A stretch of 64,000 nt of DNA from Eledone cirrhosa (taxonomy: Eukaryota): the NCBI GenBank assembly GCA_964016885.1, contig OZ024742.1, forward strand, positions 247,752,001 through 247,816,000, in the 5' to 3' direction. Positions within the stretch are counted from its first letter, which is position 1; each line of letters starts with the position of its first letter. Under the pieces are notes generated by a model. That model saw nothing but the letters and a program-made list of their open reading frames with translations, was not told the DNA's origin and did not search any database. Positions 44,469 to 60,218 of this stretch are shown piece after piece. The translations under genes were made by a program, and so were the position numbers.

Positions 44469-45337
44469 GCACAACTGAATTTCAACCACCACCCATTACA
44501 CAAATATATATATTATATATATATATATATATATAAATACATACATAACACATGCATAAATACATGTATAGTTTCATATAAAGTCATATATAGAATTCAT
44601 AAGTAATAAATGTATATTATGGAAAACTTTCCTTAGTGATGTCTTGCAGTAATTCCTTGCATAGAATTCAATTTTAGGGTCAGCTATATATCCAAATATA
44701 TAAAAATGATATATATATCTATACATTTAAAAACTACACTATACACCAGAGTGAACTTGCAATAATATTTATAATAATGCTTTAGGCGTAAATATTGTAA
44801 CCCATTATGACGAGCTAGGAAGTATTTCAAATTTATTTTAGTTACATATATCTTCTAACAATACATTTGTGAGGCAAATATACTTTGACAATATCATATA
44901 TATATATATATATATACACACATATGTATCTGTGTGTGTGTGTTTCTGTGCGCGTGCAAGTCTGTGTGTGTGCGTGTGTGTATATGTGTGTGTGCGTGTG
45001 TGTATATGTGTGTGTGTTTCTGTGCGCGTGCTAGTCTGTGTGTGTGCGTGTGTGTATATGTGTGTGTGTTTCTGTGCGTGTGGTAGTCTGTGTGTATGTA
45101 TTGGGAGTTTAAAATAATATTCATGAGTAGCTATATAAGAAAACTCTAATATGATACACGCATGAATCTCACCACCCACCCTCTTTCTATTTTTCATTTC
45201 CCCCCTTTCTCCCTCTCTACATATATGTAAGCGTGTGTGCATGTTTAAATGAGTGTATATATACTTATAAATATATATATATATATATATATATACATAC
45301 ACACCTATATATATATATATATATATATATAAATATA

Positions 45338-45434
<97 letters not shown>

Positions 45435-45510
45435 GTATTTATATATATGCGAATATTACAAATATGAGTGTATATATACTTATAAATATATATATATACA
45501 TACATACACA

Positions 45511-45568
<58 letters not shown>

Positions 45569-45574
45569 TACATA

Positions 45575-45607
<33 letters not shown>

Positions 45608-45978
45608 GTATTTATATATATGCAAATATTACAAATATATATTTTCACAAAACGCTATCTACTTTTTCAATTTGATTTTAAATTTTTTTCAAATTGTTAT
45701 CAATGACAGAAGGTGTGAATATAGTGTCTGTCTTATTTTGGCAAGCTGTAAATGAATGGCACTCGCTTTTCTACACTAGTTATGCTGTGACAAATGTCAA
45801 CTTCACTTACAGAACTAATATTTAAATCGTTAGCAATTCACGTTCCTCAGTCAAAGAACAAAAATTATATAACAAGTTCATTCACTGGTGTATATATACA
45901 TCATACCAAGCTCGGTCTCCCTCTCTCTCTCTCTCACACTCCCAGTCTCGCTGTGTGTGTCTCTCTCTTTCCAGACAC

Positions 45979-46103
<125 letters not shown>

Positions 46104-46196
46104 CATATCTATATCTATCTATCTATCTATCTATAAATATATTATATATATATGTATGTATGTATGCACACACACATATATATGTATATATATATG

Positions 46197-46284
<88 letters not shown>

Positions 46285-46286
46285 TG

Positions 46287-46335
<49 letters not shown>

Positions 46336-46342
46336 TTATATA

Positions 46343-46436
<94 letters not shown>

Positions 46437-46611
46437 CATATATGTATAATTTTCGCATAACGTTTTACATTTCCTTTACAACTATATATTCTTTGTCTTC
46501 TAGTATTATTTTAGATTTTCGTTTACCCATATGTCCATACATTCCTACACACACACATGTATGTATATGTATGTGTGTATATACATATATATATATGTCT
46601 GTATGTATGTA

Positions 46612-46695
<84 letters not shown>

Positions 46696-48767
46696 AATCC
46701 ATATATATATTTTCCTTTCATTTCAAAGGCAATCAACTTGTGTGTTATGTCGTAATAGATTAATGGTATTTGTCACTTCTTTTCACACCATTGCCTGATC
46801 AGCAAATATTCCTAAATTCTCGCTAAGTGCTTCAATATAGCCCAAAACTTAAGTTTTTCTTTTTGTTGAAACAAAACAAAAACAAAACAAAAATAAGTAC
46901 AAATCACTTTTGTTTGTTAAATATCTTTATAATGCCATAGCATTGAAAGTCATTTACATGAACATTATAATCTAAACATATATTTATTTAGCTATAAGAA
47001 ATCCCGTTCCATATATGGTCATCACGTCGTATTTTTTTGTATTGTTCAATGTTCTTTAATATATAATTCTTAGGCGAGTGTTCTCCAAGCATTCGCTACA
47101 GATCTGCATTCAAAGAGTATCTTGCTCTCTTACTTCCACCAATCACCTTGAGCAGGATAAAGTTTACTTTTCTTCCTTTCTTCAATTAATAATACTTTAA
47201 AAAGCGGTGTAGCACTCTGATTTATCCCGCATTTGTTTTTTTCAAGTTTATCTACGACAACATAATCCAATGTGTGATTTGTCGTTTTAAGGTAATTTGA
47301 GAGAAATAGATGCACTATTTCTCGTAGCTCATGCTATATCCTAATAATTCTCTTATCGGCTACCCTAGGTATACACATTTAAATCTGAAGTACTTACACT
47401 ATTTAAAAAATACTATTAATGTCAGGAACAGCAATCATTACTTCTTAATAATTTAATTAAAAAACAAACATTATAAAGCACTATAAATCAACATTTGTAA
47501 CTATCATCAAATATTGACATAGCTAGTTTAGTTTCGTACTCAAATATTTTAAAGGTAAATATATGTTGACATATCTATTTTAGTTGTGTATTCAGTGTTT
47601 TGAAGGTAAACATATAATATATTTGTAGCTCAAAGGACAAGTGTCATCAATTATTTTCTCTGTGCCAGGAAGTTGATTAAAGTACATGTATAATTAATTT
47701 CTTAATGAAATATTTGGCCAAGACTGCTTGATATTGATTTTAGAATATTCTTTTCGTTCTGATATTTGTGTACTCAACAAACACGTTAAACCTAGTTTTG
47801 ATGTATAATTTGCACACCAATATTTCACACCAAACGTCCAATAGTGCTAACTATAAGAATTCAGGAACCTGCAAGTCGTAACTCGATATGATAGAAATAG
47901 TAACTAACTCTTCAAGGTAGATGTAGTTACTATTTAGCTCCGCTTTTTGCTACTCAGATTCCTTGAAAATGTTTTTCTTCTCGTGCTTATTCATAGCATT
48001 TTCAATTCAGATCATAACTTCACTCATATTAATAAGATATCATTTTCTCCATTGAACCCCAAACGTCTGCCACCATTCCCCCATCTACGTTTTGATCTTC
48101 TCCCCTCTTCTCAGGAATATGCATTCAAGGACTGTCTTTTCGTCATTTTCATTCTGTAATGCCTTATCACTTAACAAGAATATACCAGCATCAGTTTCTT
48201 TACATACTCTAATATTCAACCATTTGGAATGCCCCTCTCTTATACAATCATTTGTGTGTTACCTCATTCAGGAGACATTCAATATTCTTGAATAATACAT
48301 ATACTTGAGAACAACACCTTTTTTTTTGTTCTTCTGCTTTCTGTAATATCCAAGGCTCACATATGTATGTTATTAAAGTGAAGATATAATCTCTGATGGC
48401 TCTCAGCTTTGATTGAGTATCTTGTTGTCGCGGTAATTTTCAGGGCTCTTTAGTATTTTTCTTTCCGTAGCAACACAACTTCTGATTTCATTATTAATGT
48501 CACAATCCAGCTAGATGATAGAGATTAGCCCTCTCATTAAAACACACCAAACATTTCCTGTGAAATGCAAACTAAAAAGAAGGCGACGAGACCTCCACAG
48601 GTGTAAAGAATATCCCCCTGGACTCTTCCCTCACGATATGTAAAGTGATTAAATTCCCAATGGTTAGATATACTCATTCAAAAGTTTCTCTACACAATAG
48701 CAAATCATAGAAACCTTCTAAATAATGTATTATGTGGAATCTAAACAAGCTAAGACCCTTAAATCTG

Positions 48768-49062
48768 ACTACATAGTTCTATAAGTAATATCTAGCTGTA
48801 GATAGCTCCACATGAGTCAACATAATTATATGTAGGTCAAACCAGGTCCATATAGTTCTAAATAACTTTACTGTGCTCAACATAATTCTATATAGTAGCT
48901 ACATGGTTCAACATAGCTGTATATAGCTCTACAAAGGTTCTTATAGTTCTACATAGGTTTATCTAGCTCAACACAGAACTACATAACTATATATTTCTAC
49001 TATATTTCACATAGCTCTATATAGCACTACACATGTCCACATATTTATCTATAGCTCTAACT
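48768..49062. repeat. Degenerate 10-bp minisatellite (consensus ~ACATAGCTCT)
   Basis: ACATAGTTCT, ATATAGCTCT and ACATAGCTGT variants recur in 10-nt register. Confidence 0.75.
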
Positions 49063-49331
49063 AAATCTACCAATCCGCATTTGTTAGGAGGCTTATGTAG
49101 ATCAGCATCTCTTTGTAATTATATTTCCATCTAATTCTCTCAAATACGCAATAATAACGCTAGAAACGATGAAAAGAAAGCAAGGAAGAAGAGAAAGAGG
49201 AATAATTTTAGCTACTTAAGCTTTCAAATAGATTGCTCTGAAAATCTAAATTCATTACTATAATAATCGTGTAAAGGTATACTCTATCATTAATGTGATT
49301 TCAATACAATATATGCACATTGTTTTTGTTT

Positions 49332-49414
<83 letters not shown>

Positions 49415-49451
49415 TATATATATATATACACTCACACACGCACACACACAA

Positions 49452-49488
<37 letters not shown>

Positions 49489-49664
49489 GACACACATACA
49501 CATATATATATATATGTATATATATGTATATGTGTGTTTGTGTGTGTGTGTGTGTGTATATTTATATATATATATACATAGTATATATAATATATGATTA
49601 TATGTATATACATACTCGTGTGTGTGTAGATGTGTGTATGCATCTTAACACACACATTTATCAC

Positions 49665-51750
49665 TCTACATAAGATAGTTCGTTTGTCTGTTATTCTCTT
49701 ATACACTTAAACACCAGTGGACCAATCATGTTCAAACTTGGCATGGGAGTTCTTTCTACGCAGCAATAGGTTTTCCTAACACTTGTATCTATATCCATTT
49801 GTTTATGTGTTTTTGTCTGTTTTTCATTCTGTGGTCATGATGATCATCGTGAATGATGGAAAATATAAAGAATGAAGAGGTGAGAATTTGAGAGAAAGTC
49901 AGCACATGTGAAATTAAATAGAATGCTGACATAGTAGCCGACACTAAACTAACAAACACAAGATGGCTTCAGTACTCAACGTCCACCCTATCCTCTAGAG
50001 GAAAGGAGGTGCGTCTAAGACAAGTGAGAAGCACGCATTTAATCAATATACAACATACGTCTGCGTTAATACCAAATCGTCTCCCTCCTCTATCGGCTGC
50101 AGCACATATTCTCATACATATATATATATCTTCCTTGTGCGTATATATATATATCATATCTACTTCATATCTTGCCTGTTTGAGAGCATCATGTTTGTAT
50201 TTTAACACATGCTAAGGGAGGTAAGCAACTCTAAGTAATTCGTGGTTGTAGTTGACGCAGCAGTGACACAGTTGACGCCTCACATTTATTATGTCTAACA
50301 CGTTATTTTTCCAAATTCAAGAAAACTTCTAGATATAAATTTCAAAACCATGAAAACAGAGAAGAGTTCCAGCTAGACCCTGTCAACAAAATGTCCATAC
50401 GGTTTAAATACACAAAACAAACCACCAATATTCATATGCTTAAATGTCAGTAGAAGCGCACCCAAAGTCTTGATCTGGATGGAGTTCATTCCCCTTAGAG
50501 TACAAAAAGTTAAAGGCCGAAACACTTGAGAGAGGTTTCTTCTCTAAAGACCATCTGCTGCCCAGCTTTTCTGAGAATTTCTCATCAATATATTGATATC
50601 TTTCCCGTAGGTGTATATATATGGCACATCTTGGTATATACCTCTGTGTGTATATGTGTTTGTATCAGCCTCTCATTAAATTTTCGATTCCTTATTTGGA
50701 TTTATGGAAACGTTGCTAAATAAAAAAAACACTTTTGAAATCTGTGATATTTATTGCATATTAATTTCCGTTAGTTTTTGTTGATGTTTCCGAAAAACCA
50801 CTGGAATAAACACAGGGAGTTCTCATTCAACGAAATTTGACTCGACTTAAATCCAACATTAACAAAAATATTTAAAATTTTTAGATAAATAATAGTGACA
50901 TTGGGAGTTGCAAGCAAACAATGCCATCGAATAATAGACCTTCATTTCCATGAAAGTCTCATAAAACTATGCAAAGGAAGAATGAAAGTGAAGAGCAGTG
51001 ACAAAAAAGACTCCAAAACCAAAGAAAAGCAACAATGAAATTTAGGCAACATGGACCAGAATAGATCAAATAGACCTGCTGATGATAGGGAAAGGAAAGC
51101 AACATTTCGTTAAGAGGTATTAGTTGTACGAAACTACAGCACAAAGTAGAGACGATGAATCAAATGCATAAAGATTATCAAAGCTTCAGCTACAAAGAAC
51201 AAGCAGGGAACATAATAGACAGGATACATCAGAAGAACAAAGATCAAACATGCTTGAGGAAGATAGGACAATGTAAGAAACTATTCATCAAGAAGAATCA
51301 AATATAGGAATATCATCAAGACAGCAAATGGAGAGAAACAGAACAGCGCAAAGGAGGCATGAAGAACGTGAAACTCAAACATGTCAAAGGCTATTTGAAC
51401 AAAGAACAAGAACAGAAGATATACGATTTAAGAAGTTTCCCGAGGAGAACTCTGCTGATTTAAGTTACAATCCACATCAGAACTACGCATCAGAACCTTT
51501 AATTCGAATTCCCTCTATGAAACAAATTTGTTCAAATGGTGGTGCTAAATAATGGATTGGTGAGTCAACAGGATTGTGCTATTTAAATGGAAAAATTAAG
51601 ATTAAACTATTACATAGTCGATCAGAAGCCTTGAGAGATTGCTGATTAAAACAACTACCGAATCACGCCGCTTTCTTCAAAATATCCATAAGTACAATAA
51701 TGCATTCCAAATGACATAATTCGGTGCAAATATCATTAATGAATGTGCCA
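49665..51750 (+). mobile_element. Helitron 5' portion with an N-terminal RepHel remnant (~50920-51750)
   Basis: SYNPHQNYASEPLIRIPSMKQICSNGGAK*WIGESTGLCYLNGKIKI and ESRRFLQNIHKYNNAFQMT*FGANI match the Helitron C..C.A....E..G.CC.NGK and FL.NIR.YN.AFQMTSFGA motifs. The 5' boundary is tentative. Confidence 0.7.
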
Positions 51751-53239
51751 TCAGAGCTTACCGCAAGAGCACAAGCTCAGACCTGCCGTGTTTTGCCAAA
51801 GTTTACTTGAACGCTACAACAAAGGCGAAGAATGCTTGAGCAGAGGTAACGTTGGGCCATCACTATGAGCCAGAATCTAAAAGACAGAGTATAGAGTGAG
51901 ACATCCTGGTGCACACTGCAAACAGAGAGGCCATGTTTACACTGTAACCTCAGCATGAAAACTCGTGCGATCAAGCACAAACTTCAATCAAATGACTACA
52001 ACAGTATCAAATATAAACTTGAATGAGCAGAAGGCATTGTAACAAATCTAATGATATGTTATGGCGAAAGTGCGGATTAATATATATTTCATTTGCGATA
52101 TTTGCTTATCTTCATCTATCTGAGCATTAACACATCATTATCAACTGACCTAGTCCATCCACTCATAGGTAAAATGGAACATAAACAACCTCATGGTAAT
52201 TTAAAACCAATACAAAGCATATGTATACTTGTTTGAATTATTTATAGTAGTCCTTTTGTATAGCTAGCCGTTAGAGCTTCGGGTTAAGTATCATGTAGTA
52301 TTCGTCCCCGTTCTCTAGAACATCATATTTGCCTTACCCCGCTTCTGGGTCGATGTATAAAGTACTAGTGCGGTATTGTCATTTATTTCTCTCTGGATTG
52401 TAACTGCAATTTCGAGGACCAACATTGTCACATATAGGGTGACATTGATTCTCCTTGAAAGTTACGTTCAATGTACATATCTTTGTGAAATACTCAGTTA
52501 ATTTAACCACAATAAAATATGTACTAGACCTGTAATTCAAAGGTGCAAACCTGTCAGAGTGTGAGGCTGATACTACATTAGAAATATATTTATGTTATAT
52601 ATTTATATGTCTTAGACCAGACATAGCATATACAGGTTTATGATTGGTTCAAAATTACGATAGATCTCTTACATAAACCATTGTTGTGAAAAGCATATTC
52701 ACGATCATATGATCTGTTAGAATCCTTCAAATCACATTCTAGGATTACCATCATCACCATCACATCACTTTCATTCTCCTTATCATACAAGAGAATGATA
52801 GCGCAGTAATTGGAATAAAGTACCAGGGAATGACGGTAAAGTGCTTACTGTGATACTTTCGAGGTGGAAGTAGAAATATTGCAGGACGTTTATCCTACAG
52901 GAGTAGAAAAGTGAACAGCCATTCGGTCAGCGACCGAAGCCAGGGAGAATATCCACCAATTGTTTGGATAAAAAGTGTTGATCGAGCGTCACGTCAGTCG
53001 GGACCTCTCGAAATGTGGCTAGGCCAGCTGGTCAAGAGTATATAATGTTGAAAGATTTGAAGCCCCCAATGACCCCAACTAACATTATTGATGATGCGTA
53101 GCACCCCCTCTGTGAGGTATATACATATGTATATGGAATTATCTTATAGAAATACAACAAAAACATACGCAAAGGAATCTTACATACGCACATATATATG
53201 AAACGGCTGGAGTTCAGCCGTCGGGGTCCTTACACTTTT

Positions 53240-53277
<38 letters not shown>

Positions 53278-53751
53278 TGTAAAGTGTAAAGACCCACTTC
53301 AGTCACGAGAATGATTATAGGATGTGCAGATAGAAAGATTCCCTTCCGAGATACAAGATTAGGAAAGGTGTTTTTTTTTTATGGAAGACCACCAGTCGCC
53401 CATACATAAGAGTCTCCCTTCTCCCCTCCACAATTTTTGTACACAGGATGGACAGAAATTGACAGAATTTAGCACCAGTGAATATGCATCTCATTTCGCC
53501 AGCTGAGTGAATTAGATCGATGCGAAATAAAGTGATTTGGTCAAGATCACATCGCATCGCCCGCTGCTGGAATGGAACTCACAACCTCACGATTGTGAAT
53601 ACGACACACTTACCCCGAAGCCATGCGCCTTCACGCACCTGTATATATATATATTAATCCATCTATACATTCACACATAGATACATATACACACACACAC
53701 ACACACACGTGCGCACACACACACACGCACACACATACACACACACGCGCG

Positions 53752-53820
<69 letters not shown>

Positions 53821-54760
53821 TAGCTCTACTAAAGCAGACTTATGCACAGTAATCATTTTGCTCGGATTTCTGAAAATAAATTATCAGAAAACACACAAAA
53901 AAAAAAATTGGTAAAGAAAAACTGCTGCGCGTGTGTTCTTCCAATTAGCCGTGAAGTATTCATTAGAGGCGGTACATCCACCTTAAATATATTTAAAAAT
54001 AGATTAGCCAATCAATTAATTAATAAGAACGTATGAAATTAATTTATTGATTTCAAGATAGATTTCAGATGAGAAGTAGGAATATTTGGAAAATCAGGTC
54101 AAACATAGAGAAATTCTGAAGGATTGTTTTTGTCCATCACTCGAGGGGAAGAATGCAGAAGAAGAAAAAATATTTCGTAATATTCTGAAGATGTTATGGT
54201 ATTTCACAGCCGATCCTTTCGATGGGGATTTTGTTCTTAGCAAATACTCTTCAGGTTTCTACTAGTATATTTTATTGTGTGTAATAACAAATAATGATCA
54301 CCCAATTTCTTCATTGGAATGAGTGGGAAACAGAGACTGATAGATTGAGAGAGACAAATAAATTGATAGAGAGAGTGAGAAAATGAGTAACAAATACTAT
54401 ACCAGATAAATTGTGATAGATCGTAGGAGGAAAGTGAAGTGAGCAAGAGTGGGATGTATAGAGACTAAGTGATTGTGACATTGAGATAAATAAGTAGATA
54501 AATAGGTAAACACACATGCACACACACACGCACACAAACACACACACACAGACACACACAGACACACAGATACACCATCACACACACACACATATATATA
54601 TATATAGAGAGAGAGTGAGAGAGGAGGAGGGGGGAGAACGAGAAAAATGCAATGAAAAAATGTGATAGTGTAATTGAGAAAAAAGTGAGGAACGGGAACA
54701 AGATGGCAAAAAAGAATGACAGAAAGAGAATGAGTGAGGCGATGTCGATGACATGTATAT

Positions 54761-54794
<34 letters not shown>

Positions 54795-55360
54795 TTATAT
54801 ATTATTTTTCTTGAAAGACCGTGTAAACGTATGGCGACAAGCAAAGTTTTGATTTTTCCACTGTTTTTTTTTTTTTGGTACTAGTTTTATTGAAACCAAT
54901 GAAAACAATATTTTTGGGGCCATTTTAGATATATAAACTGGCCGCAAAGCTGTATCATTTTGCCAGTTGCTTCACTCATCACCCGGCAACCATGATCATG
55001 TGGTTTCCTAACTACTTTCTTTCTAACATACATCACACAATCAGCACACAGAAGAGAACCAGGAGTTTGTCCACCCATATTTTCTGCTGCCTTAAATAAC
55101 AAGACGTGTTAATCTAAATAAAAAAAGAATCAATTCACTGATATCTTTATTCCACTAGATTCAACAACATATGATATTTTATTTCGTTAGAATTAGTCAC
55201 CAATATTTTCCTGTTCACATTACACGTGGGAATAAAAAAAGGACTTTCATTCACGAACACATCCTTTTATTATTTTATTGGTTTGTCAGACTGGGACAGA
55301 GCCTTGTATTTCGTTCTTTTCTAAGAGGCATGCATCAAACCATACACTTTATTAATATAA

Positions 55361-55393
<33 letters not shown>

Positions 55394-57436
55394 TGTATGT
55401 ATGTATGTATATTTCTTATTGATATACGACAAACGAATCACTCAATTGACTTTACATACACAAATATATCTATAACACTATTCATACAACATATTTTATG
55501 TAAATCTTGTTGTAATTAATGTTGTAGTTCGGAACGTGTTATTCTCCTATGTATAAGCAACCACTCATCTTCCAGGTTACATTTCACAGCCTTTGTATAA
55601 ACACGTGCTATTTATCTACTTTGAATTCTAGTGTCACTTGGACCGGAAGATATATATAGCTTTTGAAATGAACTTATTTTGATTCGTATGTGAAGGAAGA
55701 TTCGTGAGGTGACCAATCGAGGTAACCAATGTGCGATTTTAATCTCTAAATGGGAGAAAATCAGAGATAACATTTTCGGATTTCAGATATTTTCATGACA
55801 TATATATCATTTCAGCACACACAGACACGAAACCTCTGATGTAGAATTTACTGTTTGTTCTAATCCTTGAATTTTTGCTTATATTAAAAGGGGTTAGATT
55901 ATTGGCGTAGTGGGGAACAGTTGAGCTGAAGTTCTCAGTTCATATGAGTGGGGTGTCAGAAGCTGCAGTATGTGGGACTAAAAATCTGACACTAGTTAGT
56001 AACTACTCTGTTTAAACATATAGAAAAACATTGATGATAGCGTTTCGACTAAATAATTTATACTAGAATGTTACGCCACTTTACCTCTTATGTTCGAATG
56101 GGATGTTGGTAGAAATAGTAACTTGTAGCATGGAGCGGCAGCCTTTCGATATTTCGTTTAACTTATATTTGAGCAGACTATCATTTTAACCCAGCTATTA
56201 GCTGGTTGTAACCCGTGGCAGAAGGCAGATTTCAACTTATAATGCATTCTATCCGACTCTCTATTAACTTCCCCAATCCTAGGCCCATGTAATGGTTATT
56301 TATCTATCGACCACCAAAGTATGAAAGGAAAGTTGATCTCAGCGGGATTTTAACTGACAGAGAGCTGAGAAGCGGGGAAAAAGCTATTTTATACACATCT
56401 CTACCAACTCCACAAATTTGCAATGATATATTTATTTTCACACTATGGTAAACATGTTCTATGATATCATAGTTATCTCTGATCCACTGGACACCTAATT
56501 GAGTGATATTATCTAAAGTATGAGCGTATGGCCGTAGGTCTATCACTGATTACGTGAACAACACTGATCAATGGTCAACCTGAAGATTTCACGCACGTAA
56601 TTTGCACGACATAATGTGAGAATTATAACAAGACACTGCCTAATGGCGATAGAGAGGTATTTGTGTGCTTATGTGTATTTTGGTATGTGCTCGTGTGTGA
56701 GTGAATGCACTTCTGTGTTCTTCAATATAAGCCAATGTGTGTGTCTAAATGTGTATGTGTGTGTATGTGTACGTATTTGAGTGTATACGTACGTTTATGT
56801 GTGCGAGTTTGTGCATTCGTCTTTGTTGGAGTGTATGTGTTTGAGTGTATGTGTTTCTGTGTATTTAAATATAAGGCAATGTGTGTGTGTGCGTGTGTAT
56901 GTATGTGTAGAAGGGGTTCAATTTAATTTCCAGTAAGCCAATGTCTGGGTGTATATGTTCAAACATAATTCCCTGGAAGCCGTCGTGTTAGAGAGGTGTG
57001 TGCAGTTGTCTGTATTTATCTTTCTGTATATCTCTCCATCGATACTTTATGTGAGATTCTGTATCTGTGTGAATGCGGATATGTACGTTAGATTTCTAGA
57101 ATATAATTTGTGACAACAAATATGTTAGTGAAAGTTAAGCCGACTAATTATTAAGTTCGCTACACAATCTTGACGTCTCACGTTCGATCCAAGTGAATGA
57201 AGACTTGAGCAATTTTTTTTTTGTTTTTTCATGCGATAGCCTCGGGTCATCCGTAGCATGAAGAACCAAAGTGTATAGTTAGAACTGTGTTTCGAACAAT
57301 TCTGAAATTTAAATGCTCTATATGTATTCCATATTGTGACGTATTAATACGGTCACAGGTTTATGTAAAAAGAAAACGTCTGTACAATATTCATTTATAA
57401 TGATCAATATAGATGATGAGAGAGTTTTAGAATACT

Positions 57437-57556
<120 letters not shown>

Positions 57557-57974
57557 AAATTTTGAGTATGAGTTGGTTATTTAGCGACACCCAGTATGCA
57601 GGTTGGAGCACTCAACGAGGTGCGCAGGTTAGTTTGTTTACTCCGGAGTAATGTAAAAATAAGAAGTGTAAGTCATATATATATATATGTATATATGTAT
57701 ATATACATATATACATGGAATAGAATGAAATTTCTCACTCTTAGTACGGCACTTACTGTACGTCTGTATACATATATGTATGTACGTATACATACATACT
57801 TACATTTAAGTAAGTGCCGTACTAAGAGTGAGAAATTTCATTCTATTCCATTTATCGTTTTCGGTGCGCCTGGCCGACTGAACTCACTCGGTATGCAAAT
57901 TAGGCTGCTCAGCCGTTAATTTTCATAAGGAAAGTATATACTTTCGGACGTTCAACCATCTGGCAGAAAGGTAT

Positions 57975-58017
57975 ACGGTGCTGACGATAGCTAATAAGCT
58001 TGAAACTAGTACATCGT
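57975..58017 (+). ncRNA. Minimal type-I hammerhead ribozyme
   Basis: ACGGTG-CTGACGA-t agc taataa gct t-GAAA-CTAG-TA-CATCGT. Predicted cleavage after 58011. Confidence 0.85.
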
Positions 58018-58406
58018 TCCTGTGTCAGTGTTGAACAAAAAGGTGACGTGGTTGCCTAAACACTGTACGGCGTAATTCAGGCTGTTTGTTTGTTTACAAA
58101 CGAACAAACCGAGCATTATAATAAATGTTCGGTAAACTGATACGTGTATATATATATGTGTGCCTGTATGTATATATATACATGCTACTGTACGTCTGTA
58201 TACATATATGTATGTACGTATACATACATACTTACATTTAAGTAGGTGCCGTACTAAGAGTGAGAAATTTCATTCAATTCCATTTATCGTTTTCGGTGCG
58301 CCTGGCCGACTGAACTCACTCGGTATGCAAATTAGGCTGCTCAGCCGTTAATTTTCATAAGGAAAGTATATACTTTCGGACGTTCAACCATCTGGCAGAA
58401 AGGTAT

Positions 58407-58449
58407 ACGGTGCTGACGATAGCTAATAGGATTGAAACTAGTACATCGT
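58407..58449 (+). ncRNA. Minimal type-I hammerhead ribozyme (stem II weakened)
   Basis: ACGGTG-CTGACGA-tagctaataggatt-GAAA-CTAG-TA-CATCGT. Predicted cleavage after 58443. Confidence 0.7.
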
Positions 58450-58751
58450 TCCTGTGTCGGTGTTGAACAAAAAGGTGACGTGGTTGCCTAAACACTGTAC
58501 GGCGTAATTCAGGCTGTTTGTTTGTTTACAAACGAACAAACCGAGCATTATAATAAATGTTCAGTAAACTGATACGTGCATATATATATGTGTGCCTGTA
58601 TGTATATATATACATGCTACTGTACGTCTGTATACATATATGTATATACATACATACTTACATTACATATATACATATATATTAACAATCTTAATAAATG
58701 GAAAATATATTTATAATACCTAATTTACAATATCTTTATAATACCATATTG

Positions 58752-58809
58752 ATTTTATTATACGTATTTCAAAGACACAACATTTTAGTGTGCTTTTATC
58801 AGATAAAAT
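58752..58809 (-). ncRNA. Hammerhead motif (G8A) in family H element ~58685-59000
   Basis: ATTTTAT-CTGATAA-aag caca...tgtg tcttt-GAAA-TACGTA-TA-ATAAAAT. Confidence 0.6.
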
Positions 58810-59005
58810 ATAATATTTGGTGTTAAGATATTGACATACCTTAGCGTAGACTTTATAGTATAAGCTCGCTAACGGCAGTGGTAAATATTCAAATCAAAAT
58901 GGATATAAGTTAACAAGAAAGGACCGGTATTATAGACGCTAGAAACATTTTAAAAATAGGGTATTTATATTGGTCGTGTGGCAGCCGTTAATTAGTGTAG
59001 AATTA

Positions 59006-59057
<52 letters not shown>

Positions 59058-59061
59058 TATA

Positions 59062-59480
59062 CTAGCAGAGGTACTCGGCGTTGCTCGGGTATTAAATACC
59101 AGTTCTGTATACCATTTATGTCAATACTTTAGTGCTGCTTCGAAAACTATACTTTTGTAAAATCATCGGCTTTTTCCAAAAGGGAGTTCCTGCCCCCATG
59201 GGTCCCCTACTCAATATGTGCCAATTCTGAGAGTTCACATTCATCTGTAGGACAAACGTAGCCTATGTGTCAAGTTTTGTGAAAATCGGTTGCGAACTCC
59301 AGAAGTTATGACGTTTTGTTGCATTGCACTGCAGTGCTTCAGTCGACTCCAAGGAAGTTGTTAAAGGGGGTTATCTGCCGCGAGGCCCTATAATTAATAT
59401 GAAAGTGCCCATGACCATCCGAGTACATAAGTAACCTATGTCTTAAGTTTGGTGAAAATACTGTAGAAATGCATAAGGTT
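59062..59480 (-). mobile_element. Non-autonomous Helitron-like element (3' hairpin plus CTAG end)
   Basis: Minus strand reads CCCGAGCAACGCCGAGTACCTCTGCTAG|T, the same terminus type as at 24410. AAGTTT.GTGAAAAT is repeated internally. Confidence 0.6.
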
Positions 59481-60128
59481 TACACATACGCGCACGCGTG
59501 TCGGTTTGTGTGTGTGTGTGTGTGGCTTTGTGGGTGTGTATGTATTTGTGTGTGCGTATGTATATGTATGTCCGTCGGGGCATACGTATGTACTGGCCTA
59601 AATCTTCACTATTTACTTTTACTATTTTAATAACCTCTGTCATTTTCGTTTTCAATTTTATTTACATCATTCTTAAACTCTGGGGCTGGAAATCATTCTG
59701 TTATTTTAAATAGAATATTAGTCTAACGACTCCATTTATACCATAAACTTGGTCTTGTCTTTGCATGAAATTGTTCTTCTCGCTCCACATTACGAGGTAT
59801 TATCCTCGCCTTTTTCCTGTTCATTGCCAGGGAACGTCTTCATGAACAAAATATCGTCTTCCTGTTTTCCTTCGGTTGCAACGTTTCTCAAAATATTTAC
59901 TTCTGTGTTCACAGATTACTTTCAGTTGAATTTGAATGGGAAATTCCTGTTTCATCGATTTTCTCCCTAACCATGGAAGCTTGTAGTTTGAACGTCGATC
60001 CAACGCCTCCTCGGGTCATTCTGCATAACTGTGTAAATTTTAGCTGCATTCCACCAAGCCGTTTCGACGTATATCCGACTACACCTACTCACTTAAATAT
60101 ACAACGTCCGACCCTTCCAATTTATATA

Positions 60129-60217
<89 letters not shown>

Positions 60218-60218
60218 C

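Larger units (their letters stand above)
57716..58665 (+). mobile_element. Family B: 432-bp tandem repeat with one HHR per unit and a short inverted 5' end (retrozyme-like)
   Basis: HHR cores at 57981 and 58413 give a period of 432. 57716-57756 is inverted relative to 57810-57850. Embedded in TA-rich microsatellite. Confidence 0.85.

Noticed and set aside
46700-48650. Possible ancient LINE RT relic on the minus strand
   Set aside because: Only scattered hints (IFDD, YLG-like) with no continuous motif series; it cannot be supported without an HMM search.
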